Of a stretch of 48,938 nucleotides of DNA, positions 20,957-28,272 are shown in pieces. The notes beneath the pieces are model-generated. The model was given only the letters and a program-made list of their open reading frames with translations. It was not told the DNA's origin and made no database searches. Position 1 is the first letter of the stretch, and every line of letters starts with the position of its first letter. Origin of the DNA: a candidate division WWE3 bacterium (GTDB lineage: Bacteria > Bdellovibrionota > UBA1018 > UBA923); contig JBBRLF010000002.1 of NCBI GenBank assembly GCA_038231515.1, positions 1-48,938 of the forward strand, given 5' to 3'. The position numbers and the translations under genes were made by a program.

Positions 20957-21487
20957 TCACTCCACCATTCCGTCGCTGGCTTCAAAAAAATTCTTGAAGG
21001 CATAAGCGACTGCGTCGTCTTTGATTGAGCCCAGGCAAACCTGGGATTTTTCGGATTTTTTTCCTAGTCGATAGGAGATCGCAGCGATATTGCGGCAAAC
21101 CACCTTGGCGCGGTCTACCCGTTTGTTCTCGAACAGGATGCGATCGAGCAGCACCCAGTTGCGGGCCTGCCAGCGCTGGCAGGCGGCTTCGTTAAATTCC
21201 GACTTGGCCTCGGTTACCAGCCGCGAGGCGATTCCCCGCCCGCTTTTTTGTTTGAACGCCATCGTAAAACCGATGGGCCAGTGGTCAGTGCCCTCGGTGG
21301 GCGTGACCGACACGTGGAGTTCGAAATCCTGTTTGCAAGGATTAGGAATCGTGACCACTTTGGCTTTGCTTGCGGCAGCCAGCGGCGCTTTTGCATGAGA
21401 CACCGCGGCCGTCAACGCAACCAAGGCTGTTAAAACAGCTGGAAATAAATATCGCACAAGAGTCCCCCAGTAGCTCAATTGTCTCAA
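20957..21487 (-). CDS. 176-aa secreted hypothetical protein, translationally coupled to the giant gene
   Basis: Signal peptide (...VLTALVALTAAVSHAKAP) and 4 Cys. Its TGA (20957-20959) lies 4 nt before the giant gene's ATG. Confidence 0.65.
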   Translation of the reverse strand: MRQLSYWGTLVRYLFPAVLTALVALTAAVSHAKAPLAAASKAKVVTIPNPCKQDFELHVSVTPTEGTDHWPIGFTMAFKQKSGRGIASRLVTEAKSEFNEAACQRWQARNWVLLDRILFENKRVDRAKVVCRNIAAISYRLGKKSEKSQVCLGSIKDDAVAYAFKNFFEASDGMVE

Positions 21488-21777
21488 TCTGTAGTATTTT
21501 AGTCAAGTTTTGTGCTCGAAATGATGCGGGTAGGAATTTTTTGCCCTCGAGGCGTTCGCGAATGCCACGGCCGTCAACTCCACTCCCTTATATATGATAC
21601 GGCCACACGGCAACAAAGTAGCCCCTTTGCGGGGCAAAGCGCATAAGTTTGCAACCGCGTGATCTGCTGGGCTGCTAAGCCCTTACAACTTATTGCCAAT
21701 TTATACTCGGGTGGGTGGCCTTGATTACCCGACAAAAAGAGTTGTACAATAATAGACGGCAAGTCCGTGGGGGTTTT

Positions 21778-24090
21778 TATATGGTTATAGGGCGTAACGT
21801 GAATCAATCTGCTCAGTCTCATTGCGACAGAAATGGGCGCGCGCTTGTCGCGACCAAAGATCAATCGAATTTATTGATGCAGCGAATCTGGGTGACCCTT
21901 GCGGTTGCCACCGCGGCAATCACGCTATATTCGAACAATGCATCTGCCTCAATGGATACTCTTCCCGCGCCGGTGACTCCGCCCGTGACGGCTCCCGCCA
22001 AGGTGAAGGAAGATGGCACCGAAGTGGCTCCCTTGCCCACGAAGACGCCGACCGCACCCGCAAGCGAAACAGCCGATCTGGATGCGAAAGTTGCGAGCGC
22101 ATGTGCAGGCGTACCCGAAGACGGCTCGTCCGGCTCTGCCTCCAAGGCGATGATAGCCAGAAACAGCTCTTATGAGTCCTGCATGGATTCTGCTGGCAGC
22201 CAGTTTAAGCCAAAACCCATGGCAGCCAATGCCACCCAACTTCAGGTCGACGCAAATGCACAGCTCGCGGAGCAAAAGGCTGCAGCTGAAAAAGCCTGCG
22301 CCAGATCCAAGTCCTCAGCAGAGGGATCCGATGCGTTAGCCGCTGATGAAGCCGGCGCAAAGAAAAAGGACTGCGACAAAGCTAAATATGACAGAGACCA
22401 AGCCATCCTCGCCGGCCTGCCGGCAAAAGCCAAAAAGTGGGTTCTTGAAACGAATGATGTTACGGGCACAACTGCCGAGATCACCGCTACGAACTGCGCA
22501 CAGGCTCTGTTTGAAAGCGAACACGATACTATCGAAAAGAAAAAAAATCCCGCACCCTCGATTCGCGATACCAAAGGCGCCTGCGATAAAGCCGTGGCGG
22601 TCCTTGGCGCTGGCAAGTCCAAGGAAAGCGCCAAAGCAACCTCGGCCGATGACGCAAAGTTCAAGGCTGATGAGTGCGCTGACGCAGTCCGAGCAGCAAT
22701 GCGCGAAGGTCAGTCCGGTTGTGATACCCCCGATAACTGCGCAAAATTGCACGGCTGCACTGCCGACATCAGCACGATCAAAACCACCGAGGTGGTAAGC
22801 CAGGTCACAACCCAAGGAGTACAGCTGGTTGCTCAGACCACGGGCGCCATCGCTCAAATGAACGTGCAGGCCAGTGCCCAGGCTGCGGCCACCGGTGCCA
22901 ATGGAAAAACCAACGATGATGTCCATAGGGATGCCCTTACGGCAATGGCCACCGCCCAGACCGAAGCTGCGGGCGCTCAATTGGCCGGTGCCACAACACT
23001 CACCGTCACAGCCGCTGTCGAGGCCTACACCGCCAGTGTTCAGTCAGATTCGGTCAAAAAAATATCCGCAAAAATGGACGTTCTTCTCAAACACAATGAT
23101 CTGGTCAAAGATTATATCGCGGACCCGAGCCGTGAAAATTATGAGCTTGTTCACAACGACTATAAAGACAATATGGGGACCCTGGGTACGAATCCAAACA
23201 TGATAAACCAGGAGTCGTCCGCCAAATCGGCAGACCCCGCGCTGATGCAGTTCGACGAAGGCAGGATCAGAGCCGCCCTTGGCACGAAGAAGGCTCTTGC
23301 CGATAAAGCCTCGGGTCTGGCTCTGCAGCACGGCGTACAGGCCGGTGTACTCGCGGCGGGCGGGGCCTTGAATCTGGCTCAGGCCTCGATGCTGCGTGAT
23401 CAACGAGACGCGATGGGCTCGGGTGACATCACCACGTCGGGCGCCCCCGAGTTTCACGCCATCGTGGCCGGTGGGCCCAATGGCGCGCTTGTCGACACCA
23501 GCGCACCTCCGGGCGGCATCACTCAAACTCTGGGCGACGGCGCGGCGGCAACCGCGGCTGAAGCCGCACAAGACACGACGAAGGCGCCCGTGGGCGCAAT
23601 ACCTCCCCCGCTCTTTGGCGGCGCGGCCAATCCTGGCGGACTTAAAGACGCCAGTCCCGGAGTCTCGGGTGGCCTTGCCGGCACGGGCAGCTCCAGCGGC
23701 GGCGGCGGCTCAGCCGGCGGCGGTAGCGGCAGCGGCGGTGGCAGCGATAGCGGCGGCGGAGCCGACAAAGCCGGCGACGAGGCTGTGGGCTCGAAGACCA
23801 AATTCGAAGGTGCCGCAAGCGGCGCAGGCGGATTTGCTTCAAACTCCTCAGGCACCCGCGATAAGAACACGGGCATGTCGGCCGATGGAATTCTCGCGGG
23901 CCTGCTCGGAGCCAAAGGCGACGACCGCAAACCGGCCAGCGACATCGTGAACTTCGGCAAAAACGGCGCTGCGGCGAAAGCTCAGGCGAAGTCAGACGAA
24001 GAAGAAGGAATCCTGGGCAAGAACACGAATCTGTTCACCCGGGTCTCAAAAACCACGGTCAGCTATTACAAAACCGGCAAGCTGAAATAA
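21778..24090 (+). CDS. secreted Ala/Gln/Gly-rich protein, family member 3 (shares the C-terminal module with 26629..28005 and 28273..30741)
   Basis: Hydrophobic signal segment MQRIWVTLAVATAAITLYSNNASA. The start is ambiguous: ATG 21778 has GGGGG upstream, ATG 21877 sits directly at the signal peptide, and the track uses GTG 21715. The C-terminus has a GGGGSAGGGSGSGGGSDSGGG tract and the shared terminal module. Confidence 0.7.
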   Translation, partial: YMVIGRNVNQSAQSHCDRNGRALVATKDQSNLLMQRIWVTLAVATAAITLYSNNASASMDTLPAPVTPPVTAPAKVKEDGTEVAPLPTKTPTAPASETADLDAKVASACAGVPEDGSSGSASKAMIARNSSYESCMDSAGSQFKPKPMAANATQLQVDANAQLAEQKAAAEKACARSKSSAEGSDALAADEAGAKKKDCDKAKYDRDQAILAGLPAKAKKWVLETNDVTGTTAEITATNCAQALFESEHDTIEKKKNPAPSIRDTKGACDKAVAVLGAGKSKESAKATSADDAKFKADECADAVRAAMREGQSGCDTPDNCAKLHGCTADISTIKTTEVVSQVTTQGVQLVAQTTGAIAQMNVQASAQAAATGANGKTNDDVHRDALTAMATAQTEAAGAQLAGATTLTVTAAVEAYTASVQSDSVKKISAKMDVLLKHNDLVKDYIADPSRENYELVHNDYKDNMGTLGTNPNMINQESSAKSADPALMQFDEGRIRAALGTKKALADKASGLALQHGVQAGVLAAGGALNLAQASMLRDQRDAMGSGDITTSGAPEFHAIVAGGPNGALVDTSAPPGGITQTLGDGAAATAAEAAQDTTKAPVGAIPPPLFGGAANPGGLKDASPGVSGGLAGTGSSSGGGGSAGGGSGSGGGSDSGGGADKAGDEAVGSKTKFEGAASGAGGFASNSSGTRDKNTGMSADGILAGLLGAKGDDRKPASDIVNFGKNGAAAKAQAKSDEEEGILGKNTNLFTRVSKTTVSYYKTGKLK

Positions 24091-24093
24091 CTT

Positions 24094-26451
24094 TCAGCGC
24101 GCCTGAAGCTTGTGCTCAACCGTCACGCTTCTTTGAATAAGCACCTGGGGCTTTGAGCCCTCGCGATCGACTACGGCTAAAGTCCACAGCCCTGCCTCAA
24201 GCGGTGCCGGCGCATCCAGCTTGGTGTACGTGCGCGAGTTTTTCATATTGAAAAGAAAAGGCTGAGAAAACACCACGCCCCCAGGCGAGGTCCAGTCCAG
24301 GCTTAGCCGATGCAGCTCGACATAAGACTGCCAGGTAATCCAGGCCATCAGCCGGTCGTTGGGCTTGACGTGGGTGGCCGCCACAAACGAGCCGTCGCCA
24401 TTGGTGTGGCCAAGGGCCAGCGACTTGGGCCCGGGGCGCCCGGCATCCTCGGCCGCGTCGTCGCCGTCGCTGAGCACGCTGCAGCCCTCAAGTCGCCGTA
24501 CATACTCGTTGGTCATGCCGGCAAACCACTGCGTCAGCCGCTGGTCGTAGGCGGCAACCTGCGCGCGCCGGGCGTCATCTGCCTGCGCCAGATTCACCTG
24601 CTCGCGGGAATCGGCATCCAGGTCATAGAGCTCTGCTAAATGCTTATCATTTATACCGCCAATGAACTTCCAGCGCCCGTCGCGCAAGCCCCACTGGTCG
24701 GGTGGAGCATTTTTATAGAAAAAGGCCGTTCGCGGCTCAAACACCGGCGAAAGCAGATTCTGACCCAGCACCGGGCCGCCATGAGTGCCCGCCAGCGCCG
24801 TTAACGTGGGCATGATATCGCCACTCGCCGCCACACGTTTGGCGGTGAGCGGCCCGCGCTCGAAACGCGAGTCGAGAATCACCAGGAAGTTCCGAATATT
24901 TTCTTCGTACAAATGATTGGCATGTAGAAAGTTACCCGCATGCACGTCGCCAAACGCCTCGCCGTGATCACCGGTAAGCACCACCAGCGTGTCGTCGAGC
25001 AGCCCGCGATAGGCCAGGTTTTCGAGCAGTTTTTTTAGGACAAAGTCGGTGTAACTCAAAGAGTTGCGATAGCGATCCTGGGCAGTCGTGCCTTTGAACG
25101 GCGGCAGGTAGCCGCGCGCGGTGCCATAGGGGTGGTGGGTGGAGATCGTCAGAAACTCAAAAAAAAATGGCCGGTCGCGCCCCGGATGCTCCGCGCCGTC
25201 GAGCCAGTCCAGAATCTCAACGCCCACCGAGTCTTCACTACCACCCCACGAATGAACACGATGATCGAGCTGATAATAGAGCGGCGTCGCCCCAAAGTCA
25301 TAAAGCTTATCAAAGCGGCCAACGCTGGCCAGCAGCTGCGCTAGCCTTTCTGCCTCAAGCACGGGCGCCGAAAACAGCGCCGTGTGATAACCCGCCCGAT
25401 GCAGCTCGCCCGACAGGGTTGGCGCCACATATCGGCATTCGATGGCATCATCAAAACCACCCCAGGTCATCGCAAAGCCCCCCGTATTGATGGGCTGGTG
25501 CGCGCGCGTAGTCGCAGGATAAATTCCATACAGCGAGTCGAAGATCACCGCATGCTTTTCAAACGAATGCAAAAACGGCGTAACTGCCGGCGAAAATCCG
25601 CCGTTGGGCGCAAGCAGCTGGGTTGCCCCCACCGACTCCAGTACGACCAACACGATATTGGGTCGGCGCACCTCGCGCCTGCGCTGGTGAGCATAGGCGG
25701 CTAGCGCGCGGGCCTCGCTGCCGCTTGCGTCGCGTGGCCCGTACACGGGTTCAAACAACGACGAGTTCACCCGCGCCTGGGCCAGCTTCAAAGCCGCAGG
25801 CGCAGGCACGTCGCCCGCCCTCGTGCCCCGGTGCTGAACATAGTCCCGCCCCAACGCCAGCAGCGGGTGCTCAGCCAAGCCATAGGTTTCGGTGCCCGAC
25901 ATGACAAGCACGCTCACGAGCAGATAATGCACGAGCCAGTAACCCCAGCTGCGCTGGCGACGTACAGCGACGCCAATGAGCGGCGCGCTCTTCGCACTAC
26001 GCTCGCGACGCAACACCAGCCACGTCAAGCCCAAACCAAGCGCTACAACCAGCAAAACATTAAACACACTCACGCCATCGACTTCGGCCAGCGCCGAATC
26101 GACGAACAGCCGCCAGTGCGTTGCACCCCGGTTCATGGAAGGCACGAAGTGAGTTGAAAAAATCCGAACCACCATCTGGTCAAGAGCCACATAGCCGTTG
26201 AGCACGGTTACCACCGCCACGCCGACAAGCCGCCCAAGCTTTTTTTTCGAAATGAGATAGACCAGTCCGCCCAAGCCCACTGCGATCACCAGATTCTCAA
26301 GCTGCAAAAACGGCAGGCGCGCCAGAAATAGCGCGGCCCCTCGAAAATCAGAACGAAACGCACCGAAAAAGCCTTCGAGCTGGGTGACGACGACAAACAA
26401 AATATGGGTCGCGGCAATCCAAAACGCCACGCGTAGCCGGTCTGAGCTCAA
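24094..26451 (-). CDS. LtaS/phosphoglycerol- or phosphoethanolamine-transferase-type (sulfatase-fold) membrane enzyme
   Basis: About 5 N-terminal TM segments, then an alkaline-phosphatase-superfamily core (NIVLVVLESVGATQL, VVLTGDHGEAFG). An extra ~130-aa C-terminal domain follows. Confidence 0.85.
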   Translation of the reverse strand: MSSDRLRVAFWIAATHILFVVVTQLEGFFGAFRSDFRGAALFLARLPFLQLENLVIAVGLGGLVYLISKKKLGRLVGVAVVTVLNGYVALDQMVVRIFSTHFVPSMNRGATHWRLFVDSALAEVDGVSVFNVLLVVALGLGLTWLVLRRERSAKSAPLIGVAVRRQRSWGYWLVHYLLVSVLVMSGTETYGLAEHPLLALGRDYVQHRGTRAGDVPAPAALKLAQARVNSSLFEPVYGPRDASGSEARALAAYAHQRRREVRRPNIVLVVLESVGATQLLAPNGGFSPAVTPFLHSFEKHAVIFDSLYGIYPATTRAHQPINTGGFAMTWGGFDDAIECRYVAPTLSGELHRAGYHTALFSAPVLEAERLAQLLASVGRFDKLYDFGATPLYYQLDHRVHSWGGSEDSVGVEILDWLDGAEHPGRDRPFFFEFLTISTHHPYGTARGYLPPFKGTTAQDRYRNSLSYTDFVLKKLLENLAYRGLLDDTLVVLTGDHGEAFGDVHAGNFLHANHLYEENIRNFLVILDSRFERGPLTAKRVAASGDIMPTLTALAGTHGGPVLGQNLLSPVFEPRTAFFYKNAPPDQWGLRDGRWKFIGGINDKHLAELYDLDADSREQVNLAQADDARRAQVAAYDQRLTQWFAGMTNEYVRRLEGCSVLSDGDDAAEDAGRPGPKSLALGHTNGDGSFVAATHVKPNDRLMAWITWQSYVELHRLSLDWTSPGGVVFSQPFLFNMKNSRTYTKLDAPAPLEAGLWTLAVVDREGSKPQVLIQRSVTVEHKLQAR

Positions 26452-26628
26452 GTGTTTCTCCTCGCTTCAGTGTCCTTCAAAGCTGCCCAATTTTCAGCAC
26501 CCATTCCAGACGCCCCCCACCCGCTCGGATTCGCTGGGCTTTCGCAACCCCTTGGCAGCACTTGATTACCTGACTAATAAAGACGTACAATGATAACGTT
26601 GGGGAAAGCGTCATTTACCGGGGGACGT

Positions 26629-28005
26629 ATGCTTAAATTTTTACGAAATAACGGTCTTGTGGCCATGATGGCAATGCTCGTCATGGTCAGTGGCATCAGT
26701 CACACGACAAGCGCGCACGCCGACGCCGCGCCACCCGCGGCTAAACCGGACACCGCCGGCGGACAAGACCCCTGCTCCGTAACCGACGACTCCGCGGCCC
26801 ACGAGCAGTGTAACGAAAAAGATCTCGCCATCGGCACCGCGGCTGCGCAGTCGGCCGAGGCCACCGCGTTTCTCGTCGCTGCGATTATCTGTACGGTTGC
26901 CTGCGTGGAATATGCCGACGCCTCTGGTATCGACGGTCAACATGCAGCCGGCGAAGCTTTGCTCAATGGCGCCTGTCGAATCGCGGGCTTTGTCGCACTG
27001 GGCGTTGATGTCGCGGGCGGCGTTGCCGTCACTGCCGCCAGCGCCGCCATTCAAAAGAAAGTCGATGGCGGATCCCTGGCCATGAGCCTGGGAATGACCG
27101 CTGTAGGCGCCATCGTATCTGTTGCGGCTGGTGTCTCGTGCCCGTTAACGCCAATTATGGATTTTCTGCAAGCCGGCATCCGTGGCGTCAATATGGGGAT
27201 GAGTATTGACCAGGCTAACAAAGCCAGAACCGCTGCCAAAGAAACCCGGCAATACAAGGCGTCCAATGCGCAAATTTCCAAAGTTGCCACCGCCGGCGGT
27301 GCTGCGGGCAGCGCGGCCGACTCCACGCAGGCCTCTGCAACGGCAAGCGATCCTAAATTGCTGCGCGACATGCCCGCTGCGGACAAGAAAAAATTCAGCG
27401 ACAAAAACTTCGCCCAGTCCAGCGCAACGGCCGCCGATGGGCCGGCAAGAGCGGTGCTTGCCGAGGAGTTTAAAAAGATGACGGGCCATAGTCCCGACGA
27501 TCTCACCAAGCATCTGCTCGATGGGGAGTCGGCTACCGCAGCCGCGCTGGCCGTGGCTGGCGACAAGATGGGCCCTTACACCAAACTTGTCGAGCGTATG
27601 GACGCAAACCGCGACAAGCTCTACACAGAGTTTGCCGGCGCCGGTGATGCCCCGGTTGGCAAGTCCACCGACTTTGAGGTGGCCTCAGCCGCGAGCAAAC
27701 ACTCAAAATCCAAAAGCGATGGCATGCCCGACGTAAGCGCCATGCTGGCCGCCATGCACGCCAAAAAAGGCGCAGCCGACGCACCCAAGACGGCAGCGCT
27801 CGACTTCGGCACGAAGAAACACGAGCCGGCAAATGCCGAAGGCCTACATCCGCCGAGCCGCTCGCTCTTCGACATCATCGATTCGCGTTACGAGCTGGTG
27901 CAGACCCGTTTTCTGGCCGGCCAGGACATCGGCATGCGCGCGCCGGCCTCGGTGGTCACGCCGCCCGTGGGCAGCGCGCCCACGAATATCTATCTCAAAC
28001 AGTGA
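26629..28005 (+). CDS. secreted Ala/Gly-rich protein, family member 1
   Basis: Start at ATG 26629 (MLKFLRNNGLVAMMAMLVMVSGISHTTSAHA). It is preceded by cgggggacgt, the same leader found before the paralog's GTG at 28273. Long collinear motif blocks are shared with 28273..30741. Confidence 0.8.
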   Translation: MLKFLRNNGLVAMMAMLVMVSGISHTTSAHADAAPPAAKPDTAGGQDPCSVTDDSAAHEQCNEKDLAIGTAAAQSAEATAFLVAAIICTVACVEYADASGIDGQHAAGEALLNGACRIAGFVALGVDVAGGVAVTAASAAIQKKVDGGSLAMSLGMTAVGAIVSVAAGVSCPLTPIMDFLQAGIRGVNMGMSIDQANKARTAAKETRQYKASNAQISKVATAGGAAGSAADSTQASATASDPKLLRDMPAADKKKFSDKNFAQSSATAADGPARAVLAEEFKKMTGHSPDDLTKHLLDGESATAAALAVAGDKMGPYTKLVERMDANRDKLYTEFAGAGDAPVGKSTDFEVASAASKHSKSKSDGMPDVSAMLAAMHAKKGAADAPKTAALDFGTKKHEPANAEGLHPPSRSLFDIIDSRYELVQTRFLAGQDIGMRAPASVVTPPVGSAPTNIYLKQ

Positions 28006-28073
28006 AACTCTTGACGTCAGGAATAGGCCCGGTTAAAAGAGTGCTAACCCGCATACTTCGTCGTGAATTGTGT

Positions 28074-28146
28074 GGGCGTGTAGCTCAGCTGGGAGAGCAC
28101 CTCCATGGCATGGAGGGGGTCGCAGGTTCAATCCCTGTCACGTCCA
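28074..28146 (+). tRNA. tRNA-Ala (anticodon GGC)
   Basis: Hand-folded cloverleaf: acceptor GGGCGTG/CACGTCC with the G3:U70 Ala identity pair, anticodon arm CCTCC-ATGGCAT-GGAGG, T-arm GCAGG-TTCAATC-CCTGT. CCA is not encoded. Confidence 0.93.
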
Positions 28147-28272
28147 CAGAGTTCATGACCGAAATTATGAATGAACACCCAAAAGCTGGAAAATCCATTT
28201 CCCAACACTTGGGAACCATTAAATAAACCTATTCTGAGTCACTCGGCGTTATAATTAACGTACGGGGGACGT

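Noticed and set aside
28002-28226. 74-aa ORF between the two paralogs.
   Set aside because: It reads straight through the tRNA-Ala(GGC) gene.
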